Assembly (NCBI RefSeq): GCF_000143415.4
Contig: NW_003314368.1
Coordinates: 454,792-518,791, forward strand
DNA from: Selaginella moellendorffii
Lineage: Eukaryota; Plantae; Lycopodiophyta
Direction: 5' to 3'
DNA: 64,000 bases
Position 1 is the first letter of the stretch. Each line of letters opens with the position of its first letter. A model generated the notes under the pieces. The model had not been told where the DNA came from and searched no databases. It saw only the letters and a program-made list of their open reading frames with translations. Shown here in pieces: positions 11,529 to 24,440 of this stretch. Both the position numbers and the translations under genes were made by a program.

Positions 11529-13316
11529 ATCTACCCTTTTCCCTTTCCCTCCCAAGCGTTTCTTGAATTCAGGGCAAGGTAAAAATGCTTGTTACCGCGG
11601 AGGTAAAATCCGTGTCGTCGAGTAGAAACAATAGAAAAGTCAAGGTGAAAGTGAGCTTGACGGGCAGTGACGCGGCAATTGACGGCGGCGTGGTTGGGGC
11701 GTGGTTGGTTATATTCCAGGACGCCGTGAAGAATCATTGGCTCCCGGGCATCACATGATAAAAGTGACCGCCCGTCAAGAAGTGAACGTTAAGCTTCTTC
11801 ACGCCCGTCGGGGTGTCCTTGTAACGAATTTTTGGGCCGTATGTGGCCATCAAAGATTACGGATGTGGTACAGTATATTGGACCACGGTTAAATACAAGA
11901 TCTATTTTGGCAGGATAGTTGCCGCATTTACGAGCCTGATATCTTGCACACGTGGCGATCTCCCGCCCGTCGACGCTGTTGCCCCAAGAAGTTAATGGAT
12001 AGCATCGCCAACTTTGAATGCCACAAGAAAGTTTTTAATGTTGGTGGAGGCTGAGAAGACTCGAAAGATTTAAAGGAGTTTATTTAGATAGGCATAGACT
12101 GCTTCCATTCTTCCATTGCGTCAAAGATTTTTGGCGTCACTTTGTCATACTGCGGGGCGGCGGGGACTGTGCGCGTTCGACTCCTCTCGCCAACACCGGC
12201 TAAATTAAACAAATTTTTTTAAGGTCCTGGGGTCAATGGCCTGATTGATCATTGCATGCCTCGACCCTAGAAAAGAACCATGCAATTATATTATTTGCAT
12301 CGTGGTGGATTGGAAGGTTAAAAAAACTCGGGATAGCAACTCTTCGGGAGCTTTAAATAAGGTTTTGGAGGGAATTTTTGATCATGGGCAATTTTCGCAG
12401 TCACGCAAAGTACCGGAGGCTGACCGGCATTTTTGGGTATTTGCAGAGTCAAAAGGATTAGACTATACCAGCGATTCAAAAAAATTTAAATCCTTACGTA
12501 GAGCTCGACCTATAATCTGAGACTGTAAGTACATACATTTTCAGCAAAGAAAGCTATCATACTGACCCACTGATCACTGGCTGCAAGAAAAGAGATCCAT
12601 CATCCAATCCAAAAAATGCCCTTTGGGGCACATTTCCCGCTCCCTTTTCGTTTGAAACAAAGCTGCCGCTCAAATTCGAAAATTTTGTCCGGGAATCTTT
12701 CTGTTGGGCGCTGTGCATTTTAGGGCTGACAACGACGGCCACGATCGACGGCTCTGATGGAAGCTCTGTTTCTAGGGCTTGCGAGATAGGGCTCGAGAGG
12801 AGAAATGCAAGCGCTGAGGGCCACCGTAGCTGCGGCGCGCAACACCAGGCCATGGAACAAGGCGCAGATCCGTGAGATTCATCCGCGCGATGCCGAGGTA
12901 AGGAGCTTTTCGATCGATTGGAATTTGATCGAATAGATTGATCGCAATTGCAGCTCTTGTCCCCGGATCCAGCCCTCGCTCCTTTCAAGAGCAATAAACC
13001 CACCGCGAAGAAGATGCAAATGGTGGGCGATGCTACAATTGTTTTGCTAGGACTGGGTAAGTATCCCATTTCGTTTTCTTCCAACTGGAGCTTCTCAATG
13101 CCCTTCCTTTTTTTTCCCAGGCTTTCTCTACGAGATCCACTATCGATGGCAGAAGAAATGCGACGAAGCAAAGGAATCGACGTAAACTGTGTACAAATTC
13201 TAAATAAAAAAGAAAAAAAGAGGAAAAACGCTGCTTCACAAGCACTCACTTTTTTTTTTCTCTTCACTGCTACTAGCCTATGCTATCAAAATTTTTTGGA
13301 CATCCTCGACTTACAT

Positions 13317-14394
13317 TTAGAACGAGTTCACCCTCCTCAGCTCCACTCGCCTGGCCTTGGCGTTTTTCTTGGAACGTTTCAGCACCGTCAGCATGTCTAT
13401 CACCTGAGAAAACAAAAACAATGGTTTTCGATTTCGATCGAGAATCTAGCGTACCTTGGCCCTGTACCTTGCATCCTCGGCCTATTACCATAAACCCAGC
13501 GAGAAACCACTCTCTTAGAAGTTAAAACTAAGCAAAGCTTCTCTTTTACCTGTTGCCTCTTGAGCTTGTCATTCTCTTCTTTGAGCAGCGTTACCTCTGC
13601 TTCAAGCTCTGCTGTGTAAGCCTGGCGATCAAATAAGGCAAAAGAAAAACAGAAGGGGCAAATTTTTAGAAAAGAATCCAGCCAAAGTCTTTAAAAAGTT
13701 GGATTTTTACCTGTTTCCTGGCCCTGGAACGCGCAGCCGACTCTCGGTTCTTTATCATCCTCCGCTGCCTTCGCTCGGCAACTTTGTCCACGTACTCGTC
13801 CGGCTTGTGGAAGGCGTCTCCGTAGGAAAGGACCTGGCCACCGCTTGGAACCATACAGCATTCCTCGATCTTGGTAACGAAAGCTCGCAATCTTTTGGAG
13901 CTGGAATTGGCGGCGCTGGGATCCATTCCCTGCATGTAAGCTAGTTCCAGATCATCCCTCTCGCGCTTGTGAGGAGCAGGCCCCAAGTCTGGGAACGTCG
14001 ATCCAATCCCCGTGGGAGCGCTGTCGGCCACCCCCGATTTGACGAGGAATTCCTCCAGCGTCATCTCGCCCAGCGTGCGCTGTGGAGCGATGCCGGACTC
14101 CGGCGCTTCCGTGGACGACGCTGCCGCTGTGCTCGTGAGCTTACCCTCTTGGATTTCCCTCCAGACCTCCTCCACCGAGAGCTTGATCTCGGACGAGGAG
14201 GGATTCTCCTCTTCCTCCTGCTCGGACGAGGAGGGGAGCGAGGGCTGCGACTCCTCCTCGCCCGTTGCCGCCACCAGCAGCTCGTCGATGTTCATGGATG
14301 AGAACTTCTTCTCCGGCACGCCAAAGCTCTTGAGATCGTCCAAGACTGGCCGCACTGGCGAGGAATTGAGATACTCGGCGCTCACGGCCCCCAT
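13317..14394 (-). CDS. group A bZIP transcription factor (ABI5/ABF/AREB-like), 4 exons
   Basis: SMNIDELL, SVEEVWREI, QRTLGEMTLEEFLVKSGV, ERRQRRMIKNRESAARSRARKQ|AYTAELEAEVTLLKEENDKL, C-terminal LRRVNSF*. Confidence 0.92.
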
Positions 14395-14645
14395 TTCCCC
14401 TCAAGAATCGGAAAGATTCCAAGACTGCTCGATCAAGAGGCGAAATCTCGCGATTCCTAGCGGCAGCTCGCCTCGCAGCCGCATTCCCGCCCCTCGATCC
14501 AAGAAAGCATCGCGCGACGCTGCGATTGCATGCGAGGCGATCGACTCCGCTGCCAAAGAAGAGAAATTCCGCTACGGCATTTGGAGCCAGAGGGATCGAG
14601 AGGGCGGAAGAGAATCGCGACAGGAAACGGGAAAGACGAAAGAAA

Positions 14646-14768
14646 AACCCTAGGGCACCCTAATTAATATGGCAAGTAAAATTGCCCGCCATAGCCAGAG
14701 CTTCAACATAACAAAAAAATATTTTTTTCGAAGAACCCTAAAATTTATCTCTTGAAGTTTAGGGTTTT
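14646..14768. promoter_or_regulatory. telo-box-like motifs in the bZIP/UTP6 divergent promoter
   Basis: aaaccctag, aaccctaaa and ttagggttt within the 382-bp head-to-head spacer. Telo-boxes are typical of plant ribosome-biogenesis gene promoters. Confidence 0.55.
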
Positions 14769-14776
14769 GGGGAGCG

Positions 14777-16795
14777 ATGGCGGACACCGTCAATGCCTAC
14801 CTCGAGCGCATGCTCCCGGAGCTCGAGGATCTAGAGAAATGGGGCCTCTTTACGCGCTCGGAGATCAAGGAGGTCGTGCGCCGGCGGAGGGAATTCGAGT
14901 ATCAGCTCAAGCGGCCGTCGAGGATCCGGGACGATTTCTTGCGGTATGTGGATTACGAGACGAAGCTGGAATCGCTGCGACGGCTGCGAAAGAAGGTCGT
15001 GGTTAGGGATTTGAATGCCGCCGGGAAGAGATGGAGCGGGCATATGTCCGATGGGGCAAGCGCGATCAGGATTATCAGCATTTACAAGCGCGCAGTGGCG
15101 AGATTTGGTAGCGACATGAGCTTGTGGCTGAAATTCTTGGAGTATTGCAGGAAACATTCTCCCAAGCAAATGCGTCGGGTGAGCGATCGTGTTTATCATT
15201 TGTAGCTCTTTACTTATCTCCGCATTCTTACAGGTGCTGGCAAGAGCTCTCCAGCTTCATCCCAATATCCCAGGATTGTGGATGTATGCCGCGTCCTGGG
15301 ACTTTGAGCACAATCTCGACGTCTCTGCTGCTCGAGCGCTCATGCAAAGAGGACTTAGGATGTGTCCTCACTCGGAGGATCTGTGGCTCGAGTACTTCCG
15401 CATGGAACTCTCTTACGCTCAAAAGCTAAAGTCGCGAATGCTGGTGCTGGGCATCGAGTCCGAAGAGATCGACGCTGGAAAGGAGCAACGAGAGAGTGAT
15501 TTGAGCGTGAAGCTGGCGTGGGTGATATTTAAGAACGCCATTGTTGCGGTTTCATCCAGTGCAAGGTTTCGGCAAAGGTTCGTCGAAGTTCTTGACCGGT
15601 TTGCGCTGGTGAAGTCGACTATCGCAAACGAGATCTACGCAAGTATGACGAGGGACTTCTCGAAGGACGAGAATTGCTGGGACTGGAAAGGAAAGTATAA
15701 ATTCCAGACAACAAGCTCTTGGAAGGATGCTGTGAAGGTCAGTGCGATCTGTCTTGCGGTGGCATCACATCTTCTTACCATCTATTTCACAGGTTTATGA
15801 AGAAGCAGTGGGTGTTGTTTCGTCGGCTCGGATGTATGAGCTGTATGCAAAGTTTCTCGAGGGATTGCTGGATTCTGGGGACGAGCGAGTTCCTGAGTCC
15901 CTTCTTGAGCTCTATGACCGTGGTGAAGAAGTTTGTGCGAGCATAAACTTTTTGGAAGGTCACGTTCGCTTGTTGACGAGAAATGGCTTCCTAGACAGGG
16001 CAAGGGCCCTTACTGAGCAATTCTGCAACGGTCCATTACGTTCAAGCTCCAGGCTATGGGTGTTGAGGCTTACGTTGGAGATTCAACACGGCGGTTTACA
16101 GATGGCTGACATTTCTAAGCTGTTTTTGAAAGCCTTGCAGTTCGTCCAGGCCTCAGAGGGAAAGGACATCTGGAAAATGGTATTTTTATTGTTATCCTGT
16201 ATGTTTTAGCGCTAACAGTTTTCTCCCGGCAGGCTTTGGAGTATTTTTCCGGAATGGACACTTACCTTGACATAATACTACGGCATCTGGAAACTGCTCT
16301 CGGGGTCAAAGGTGGCGGCCAGGAACTTGGTGCTGTCGCTTGGTCTGCAGTAAGCTGGTTCTTACATTTCGACGGTGTTGAAAAGGCTCGGCAGCTCTAC
16401 AATAGGTACACTTTGATCCAACGGTTTCCGGCTAGGAACCAACACTTCCTTTCAGATTTTTGGTGCTACCAGGTCCAAGTCTTTATTTATTCAAGCGATG
16501 CATTGGCCTCGAGGCTGATAGAGGAGCACTTGGTGATCAAGAAGCAGTAAAATGCATGCGGAGGCTTTTCGACGCTGCGCTTGAAATATATGGTAGAGAA
16601 GATGTTGGCATTTGGTTGGATTACTGTGCTTTGGAAAAGAAGGTACTAGATATCATTTGCTTAATCTCCCGATATCTTAAAACTTTTGACCAGGTTGGAA
16701 ATGCTTCTAATGCAAGTACCGTGTACTTCCGAGCGAAAAAGACATTAAGTGACCCGTCTTTGTTTATACAAAGACACCAGCTTTTGTTTGCATGA
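14777..16795 (+). CDS. UTP6: U3 snoRNA-associated protein 6 (HAT repeats), multi-exon
   Basis: MADTVNAYLERMLPELEDLEKWGLFTRSEIKEVVRRRREFEY; ARALMQRGLRMCPHSEDLWLEYFRMEL; VYFRAKKTLSDPSLF. Confidence 0.92.
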
Positions 16796-16960
16796 CTCGT
16801 GAGGTTGGTTCGTAAATTTTATCCACTTGTTTGACATAACCTTCCAGATGCAAGCAAACAAAGGTGAGAAACCAAATCTGGAGCTGTTTTGCAGAAGCTC
16901 TTATGGCTGAGCTAGACTAGACTGCAAACATCTAACAAGAGTAATACAAGAGTGGCGGAT

Positions 16961-17602
16961 TTAGCCGGTAAACTCCTTCCGAAGTTGGGATATTGTCTGC
17001 TCGTTTAGTTTGAAGGATTTTTTCAGAACTTCGTCGGAGATACCTGAGCCGAAAAGCGTAGAACCCAGCCGCTCAGCACCAGGATTCTGGCTGTTAAACA
17101 CAGCCAGGAATCGAGCCGGGTGCGCATCGTCCAAGTTAATCTGAAAATGGACAAGGCCTCTGGGAAAGACGAAGACGTTCCCCTTTTCGAGTGTTCTCGA
17201 GAAGAGGTTATTGCTGGACACAAATCCCGCCTGAACCTTACCTTCGAGAAGGAAGAAAACTTCGGTTGAGCGTGGATGGACGTGTGGGGAATTTACAGCT
17301 CCAGGTCCCATTTCACCCCGGGCGAGACTTATCCCGGCGGTGTTGAGGCCTGGAAACTGTTCGACGTTGAGGAGGGTGACAACGAACACGTCAGGAGTAG
17401 TGACGGGCTGGACAGAACTTAGAAGACGCGAGATGAAGTCTTCCTCGGACACCGTTTGCTTACAAGCGAAGCCATTCATGGAGACCGTGGAGTTGAGATC
17501 TGCAACACACAGGTTTTGAAGAGGATCCGGGTCACTGGCCAGGACGGATGCGAACAACAGAGAGCAAGCAACAAGCAGGAGAGAAGTAGCCACACGGTCC
17601 AT
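16961..17602 (-). CDS. germin-like protein (secreted cupin), intronless
   Basis: Signal peptide, SDPDPLQNLCVAD, germin box PHVHPRSTE and FPRGLVHFQ. Confidence 0.93.
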   Translation of the reverse strand: MDRVATSLLLVACSLLFASVLASDPDPLQNLCVADLNSTVSMNGFACKQTVSEEDFISRLLSSVQPVTTPDVFVVTLLNVEQFPGLNTAGISLARGEMGPGAVNSPHVHPRSTEVFFLLEGKVQAGFVSSNNLFSRTLEKGNVFVFPRGLVHFQINLDDAHPARFLAVFNSQNPGAERLGSTLFGSGISDEVLKKSFKLNEQTISQLRKEFTG

Positions 17603-17649
17603 GCTGCTGCAAAGATCTAGATCAGGTCCCTTTTATTTCCAAGGTGAAT

Positions 17650-17706
17650 GACTAGTTCCAACCTGGAAGACTAGTTCCAACGTGAAAGACTAGTTCCAAC
17701 GTGGGA
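17650..17706. repeat. 3 x 19-bp tandem repeat in the germin-like gene promoter
   Basis: gactagttccaacctggaa / gactagttccaacgtgaaa / gactagttccaacgtggga. Confidence 0.85.
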
Positions 17707-18342
17707 TGCGGAGCCGGCACTTCATTTCAACTTTGCTCCAGTAATCTTTGTCAGGTACTTGTGCTGACAAAATTTTAGTTCTTGTAGGCACAAGTCGCTA
17801 TCCGTGCAACGCTCGAATTCTTGTTGGGGGTATGGGATTCTGATCACCAGCTTTGAAGCAGTAGGGATTCCAAAGCTGCAAGGAAAACAAAAAAAAAAAT
17901 TTAGTTCAGTTGGTGAATTGATGGTTGACTTCGTCCATGAAGGTTGGCGGCACGGTTTCTCTCAAACTCTTGGCACTAGGATTGACAGCGTCAGCGCCAA
18001 GCTAGTCCAGCCGTCTCAAGGCGGCGGAAAGTCTTGGGGCCTACTTCATTCTTCGCGCGGAGAAGCTTCGCTGCGCATCAGCGAGCCGCCGCCGAAACTA
18101 TCAGGTACTTCGTGCTTATAGTACTTCTACAATGCGAGGCTTTCTGATCTTACAGCATTTGTTTGAACAGAGATCCCGCGTATGTTAGAAGTCGTCGAGG
18201 ACGCAAATTCAAAAGCGCGTGTTTTTCTCACAAAATATACACGCTGACAGCTTTGACCGAAAAGAAGATATTGAATGGTAGAGTCCACAGCGATGGTGAG
18301 GATCTCTACTTTATCTGTTCTAACACAAGCTTTTCCTTACCA

Positions 18343-18978
18343 TCAGGGAGTAAAGCTGTGCTTGAGCTCGTTAATGACGGACTGATTGAGCCTGAAAGAT
18401 GCAGCGAGCACGGCATCTGGGATCCCAGAACCAAACAGAGTAATCTCCAAGCGCTCCACTCCTGGATTCTGGCTGTTAAACGTGGCGAAAATTGTTGCAG
18501 GAGTGGCTCCAACATTCCACTGGAAGTGGACGAGGCCTCGAGGGACAACAAAGAGATCGCCCTTCTGGAGCGTCTTGAGGAAGAGCTTGTTGGTGGTGTC
18601 CACAAAGCCGGCCTGGACGGTTCCCTCCATGATGTAGATGAGCTCGGTGGCTCGCGGATGGACGTGGGGTGTGTTTACTCCTCCGGGGCCGAGATCTACA
18701 CGATTCACAGACAAACCCTGGGTGTTGAGAGCTGGAAGCTGCGGTACTGTGACTCGGGATGCCACAAATCCTCCTGGAGTACTCACTGGCTGGACGTTGC
18801 GAAGAACAGTGGAGGTAAAGTTGTCCTCGCGCGCTGATGCTGTTGTCAAGCAGGCTGCTCCATTGACACTGGTGGAGGAATCCAGGTCGGCGACACAGAA
18901 ATCTTGCACAGGATCGGGGTCGGCTGCTAAGATTGCTGTGGCAGCGAGCAAGGAAAGAACAAGCGAGAGCAGCGCCAT
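18343..18978 (-). CDS. germin-like protein (secreted cupin), intronless tandem paralog
   Basis: Signal peptide, DPDPVQDFCVAD, PHVHPRATE, VPRGLVHFQ, FNSQNPG. Confidence 0.93.
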   Translation of the reverse strand: MALLSLVLSLLAATAILAADPDPVQDFCVADLDSSTSVNGAACLTTASAREDNFTSTVLRNVQPVSTPGGFVASRVTVPQLPALNTQGLSVNRVDLGPGGVNTPHVHPRATELIYIMEGTVQAGFVDTTNKLFLKTLQKGDLFVVPRGLVHFQWNVGATPATIFATFNSQNPGVERLEITLFGSGIPDAVLAASFRLNQSVINELKHSFTP

Positions 18979-19254
18979 GTCCAGGTTTTTCTTTGTTCTT
19001 TTTCTCGAGACACTGATTATTTATAAGGATTGAGTACGAGACGGAAGCGCGTTTCTAGAAATTTTGAGATTCAAAGTCTCGTGTTTTACATGATGCAAAT
19101 ATTATCATTATTAAATGCATTCAGAGAACTGTACGTTTACAATTAATATTAGTAGCCCATACGAAAATATACATTTAATTGTAAAATAAAAAATAAATCA
19201 AAATATGTATTAACCTTCAAATTAAATAAGTTCTCTTTTCATATATTAATTATT

Positions 19255-19742
19255 AGTGCTCGGCATTCCTCTTCTGCTTGACCTTTCTATCATATACACC
19301 TCTTTCAATTGTACATCCTTTGGACTGCTTTTTGCAAGCCTGTCCTGACCATGTAGAGTTCCATATATACTTGATCCACTGTAATGTTGTCTTAAAAGTA
19401 AATGGTTCTCAATCAGGATGCAAACAAAAATCACCTATGACATCTTGTCAGTGTAGTCCTCATATGCAAAGTTGAGTGCTTTAGCCTTGCCAAAGAACCT
19501 AATAACTACTTGGTCATAGGTCTGGTCACAATAATGTTAGAGACAATGTTGTACCTATTATAATTAGAGAGTGAAATTTTAGTTTTCTTAAACCTTACTG
19601 CCTCCTCTTGTGTCTCATATGCCCCTGCACTTGGAAATGCAATATAAACAATGGCTCTTGAAACATAAAATAAAAAATTCACCAAGTGGAATCATATGAT
19701 AGGCAAGCCTGCAATAAAGATGTAACCTAATGTTAGAATGGT
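19255..19742 (-). pseudogene. 3' half (second AP2 domain) of AP2-like copy A
   Basis: Reverse complement matches ~46960-47410; encodes GAYETQEEAV and TYDQVVIRFFGKAKALNFAYEDYTD. Confidence 0.8.
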
Positions 19743-21723
19743 CACAAGAATATTTTGAAAATATTCTATGTCATGTGTGGCCTAGAGTTCACTCTTTGTT
19801 CATTTCATTAGTATCAGAGTAGCACATTCTTTTAGGGATGGCAGATGGAGTGGCATGAAAAGTATGGTGTTAGTGATAATGGTTATGATGATGAGGAAAA
19901 AATTCTTGATGATATTGTTATGTGGTAAGGTTGTTAAATTTTTTAAGTTCAAAGCAAGATTAAAAAGGTTAAAGATTTTATCAATCTTATTAAGGATTTC
20001 TTACTTTGCATGGACCCTCAAAGTTTAAATCAATCTCATGATCATGATTACCTTTGGTACGTCAAACATGCCAAGTTAGTATTATTTTTGATTCAGGTGT
20101 TATATACAACTTGTTGAGCTCCAAGATGGTGAAGAAACTTGGTTTGCCTATGAAAAAGTGTTCAATAATTTACAAGGTGGTTATAGCAGATGGACATAGC
20201 ACTCGTATTTATGGTGAATGAGCTTTAACTGCTCCTTTGATGGTTAAAGGAATTCCTGACCATCCTTTGTTCCGGGTTATGGATCTTGGTTGCATAAATA
20301 TTATTCTTAGGAATGAATGGTTTTGTGATAGAAAGCAAAGGATTGATTAAAAGTGTAATGTTTTGTGTATCAAAGTTAGTAGCACTATAGAAAATATTGT
20401 TAAAATAGACAATAATGATACTGTATTGATTAATGCTTTGAAATTGGTGACTTGCATGCCTGAAATAACTAGTTCTTTCTTAGTGTACCCATTTCTTTCT
20501 AATATGATCATATCTAATTTGGAGTATGTTCATAGGCATGGGGCTTAGATGGATTGCATTCAAGAGGAGTTCCATGACATATTTCTAGATGAGTTGTTTG
20601 ATAGTTTGCCTAATAAACATAGAATTTAATATGAAATTGACTTGGTTCCTAAAGTTACTCCTTATTAGTAACAACTAACTTGTATTAGTCCTGTTGAAGA
20701 TAAGGAGATTAATAGCCAGCCCTATGAGTACATTCAGAAGTGGTGGTTACGGATAAACAAATCTCCTTGGGATGCTCCAATGGTGATGGTCAAGCAAAAA
20801 GATGGTATATAACATCTTTGCATGAATTACAAAGGATTGAATGATAGAACAGTGAAAAATATGTTCCTAATCCCTAGTATCAATGATTTGCTCAATTGTC
20901 TTTGTGGTGCTTGATATTTTTCGAAGATTGATTTGAAGCAAGGATATCATCAAATTTGTATCAAGCCAGCAAAAACCACATTCCAAATAAGGATGGGTCA
21001 TTACGAGTTTTTGGTGATACTATTTGGTTTGACAAATGTTCTTACAACTTTTTAGAGATTAATGAATTAAGTTCTATAACCTTACTTGGGAAAGTTTGCA
21101 ATTAATTATTTTGATGATATCCTAATATTCAACGAACATGACATGCATATGTGAAGTGTTTTACAGCTTTTAAAGGACAACAAGCTCTACTCAAAATTAT
21201 CCAAGTACAAGTTTTTTTTGGAGGAGATTCGATATTTCAAGCATTTGATTTTAGTGCATGGAGTAAAGTTGATCTTGCAAAGATCTATGTTGTGGTTGAT
21301 TGACCTATACCTTTAGCAATGCATGATCTTCGTAGTTTCTTTGGTATAGCTGGAGTTTTTCGACAATTTGTAAAGGATTTTTCAAAGATAGTAGCTCCCT
21401 TGATTGATCTTCTCCAAAATATGTCAAAATATACTAATATTCATGGTTAGGATAAGAAATATCAAATAACATTTCAACATTTGAAGAAATATTGCATCTC
21501 TACTCTTGTGTTGAAGATTTTGTATTTTAAGTATTTTATTGTTGAGACAAATTAACATTGCTATTGGAATTGTCTTACTTCAAGTTGGATATCCTCTTGC
21601 TTACACGAGCCACAAATTTAATGTAATACAACTAAACTAGCTTACTTGACACCAAGAACTGTATGTTATAATTGCTACTATAAAGGAATAACAACATTAT
21701 CTATATAGATCAAACTTTCATGT
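19743..21723 (+). mobile_element. Ty3/Gypsy retrotransposon 5' part (LTR remnant, PBS, degenerate gag/PR/RT, N-terminal RNase H)
   Basis: LTR end catttca at 19807 followed by degenerate tRNA-Met PBS ttagtatcagag; decayed RT motifs [28 protein letters not shown]; RNase H QELYVIIATIKE*QHYLYRSNFHV. Confidence 0.88.
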
Positions 21724-21806
21724 GAGTGCTACTATTGGGCAGCCAAGAAATTTGGAAACCACTGCTGAGGAATCACACTCTCAATCACAGGCATCCCATG
21801 CTAGTG

Positions 21807-24440
21807 CCAAGGGCAATGCTGATTCCCTGCCTCGCGCTACAGCTCGTAGTACCTGGCCGTGCCCAAGACAATCCAGTCGCCATAGCAGCCATATCCGCCA
21901 CGTCGGACAAACGCGCTTGAACCCTATTTTTCAACCAAATGCGAGGCAAGAACTTGGCGCGGGAGGAATCCCTGGCGCTGCCAATAGAGCTTCTGATCCG
22001 GGAATGCACGAGCTCGGGTGTGCTCTGCGATGCGAGGCGGCTGCATTCGCAGATCGTGGCGAGCGGGAGGGATGTGGGACGGGACAAGTTCCTGGCCAAT
22101 CTGCTCGTGCAAATGTATGGCGCTTGCGGGAGCGTGGAGGATGCCGCGGTGGTTTTCCGCAGCATCCAGCAGCCCAATTCCTTCTCCTACAACATGATGA
22201 TCGCGGCGCTAGTCCGCAACGGCTGCGTGAGCTACGCGAGGGATTTGTTTGACACATCGCGGCTCGTGTTTGATACGGTCTCGTGGAATGCCATGATCAA
22301 GGGCTACATCGACAGCGGATGGATTGACGAGGCGAGGCAGCTGTTTGAGAAGATGCCACACAAGAGCACGTACGCCTCGAATGCTCTCATTGCAGCATAT
22401 GCCCGGACTGGGCAACCTGACGATGCCCAGCGCTTGTTTGAGACGATGACAGTGTCTGCCCGGCGTGATTTTTTCTCGTGGACGGGGCTCATGACCGCGT
22501 GATCTCAGGGTGGCGCCGTTTCAAAAGCAAAGAAGGTGTTTGATGCAATGCCCCTGTGGGACGTTGTGTTCTGGAACGTTGTGATATCAGCACATACCCA
22601 GAACGGGCATCTTAAGAAGGCAAAGGCTTTGTTCGACGATATGCTAGAACGAAGCACCATCTCGTGGAACGCAATGGTGCAGGCTTACTGCCGCAGTGGG
22701 TTTCTCGACGAAGCGTGGCTTTTTTTTTGAGAGCACTCGCGACAAGAATGTGGTGTTCTGGACGGGTATGCTGACCGCGTTTGCTCAGAAGGGTTATCTG
22801 GGCTAAGCCGCCAACTTGTTCCACACAATGCCCGTTCGGAACGTAGTTTCTTGGACTGCTATGCTTCAGGGGCTTGTGCATCTGGAAGATCTCGATGAGC
22901 CGGTTGGCTTTGCTGGAAAGATGCCACAACACAACGACATGGCATGATCATAGCTCATGCCCAGCACGGGGACACGAGGGCTGCCAAAGCCTGGTTCGAT
23001 GGGATGAGCTTCCGGAATGGTGTTTCCTGGGCTGCGTTGGTGGTTGGATTCTCGCAAGGAGGATGCTTGGCAGAAGCGCAAGCCTCGTTTTCAAGGATGC
23101 CTTTCCGGGATGCGGTGTCATGCAATGAGATGATACTTGCGCTCGGGAGCGCGGGGCTGATGCGAGACGCAAAGGTGGTGTTTGAAGAGGCGATTCTCGC
23201 GTGAGACGTTCTAACTTTTACTGCGATGTTGACGGCCCACGCCCGAGCTGGAAACGTGAAAGAGGCGAGACTTTGCTTCGAAAGAATGCCGCACCGCGAC
23301 GTGGTCTCGTGGAATTCCATGATCCAGGCCTACGCCCAGAACGACTGCGTAGACGAAGCACTGGACTTGTTTGCGAAAACACCCGAGCCGGACCTTGTGT
23401 GCTGCAATGCCATGATCCACGCCTTTCCTCGTAATGGTCTGCTCGACGACGCAAGATCTCTCTTTGACAGGATGGCCACCAGGAATCTACTGACTTGGAC
23501 TGGGATGATCACGTCCAGAAAGCCATGCAAGTCTTCTCGAGCATTCCGGACAAGAAGGACGTGGTTGTGTGGACGGCTATGGTGGCGGCGTATGCCAACA
23601 ACGGAGACATGGCAGGAGCTCGAACGGTGCTGGACAGGATACCTTGCCGAGACGTCCCGGCTTGGAATGCTGCGATCACGGGCTATGCCCTCAGCGGGTA
23701 TCCCAGGCAAGCACTGGATCTCTTTGCCACAATAGACGTGGAAGGACTGAGAGGAAGCGAGGTAACTTATATCGAGGTCTTAGATGCGTGCGGCAAACAT
23801 GTCCTCTATCCGACACGGGACAGAGATTCACGAAGGCTTGGCTGCTGGCTGCTCGGACAACGCAAACTCGATCAAAGTTGGCAATGCGTTGCTGAGCATG
23901 TATGGCAAATGCGGCCGGCTGGATCGAGCTTGGGAGATCTTCGTGTCCATGCAGCAGCAGCAGCAGCAGCAGCAGAAGCGTCATGGCTGCAAGCAGGAGG
24001 AGCTCGTGTGCTGGAACGCGATGGTGGCGGCGTATGCACAGAACGGCCACAACCCCGAGGCGGTGGAGCTGTTTCGAGTGATGAATGTGGAGGGCGTGGA
24101 GCCGGACGAAATCACGTTTGTGAGCTTGCTGTCGGCGTGCAGCCATGGCTGGAAACAGCGAGGTGGAGCTTTAAGTCGCACCAACGAGACTACCAGGGAG
24201 TTGACTCGGCTCCCACGCACTACATGTGTGTGATCGACGGACTGGGACGAGCAGCCATGGCCGAGCAAGCCGAGGACTTGATCCGACATATGCCCTTCCA
24301 CCCGGATCCAGTGGCGTGGGCGACTCTGTTGGGTAGCAGCGGTGTGGATGTGGGTGGTGACTGAGTGATGGAGCTCGATCCAGCCATCGCTGCCGTCTAC
24401 GTCTTGCTCGCAAACATCCACTCCAGGGACGAGGAGTAAG
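21807..24440 (+). pseudogene. PLS-class PPR gene with E domain, no DYW; disrupted by stops and frameshifts
   Basis: Many DVVSWNSMI/VVWTAMVAAYA/GNALLSMYGKCG repeats; E-domain HYMCVIDGLGRA..MPFHPDPVAWATLL..YVLLANI; in-frame stops near 22500, 22804 and 23202; (CAG)n polyQ tract at ~23952-23975. Confidence 0.88.

Noticed and set aside
14012-14653. 213-aa plus-strand ORF (similarly 18163-18837 and 9516-9902)
   Set aside because: Antisense shadows of GC-rich coding exons.
17650-17706. Short direct repeats as a CRISPR array
   Set aside because: Contiguous tandem units with no spacers, no cas genes, eukaryotic context.
21807-24440. PPR stops repaired by RNA editing or readthrough
   Set aside because: Nuclear gene with additional frameshifts; ordinary pseudogenisation is sufficient.
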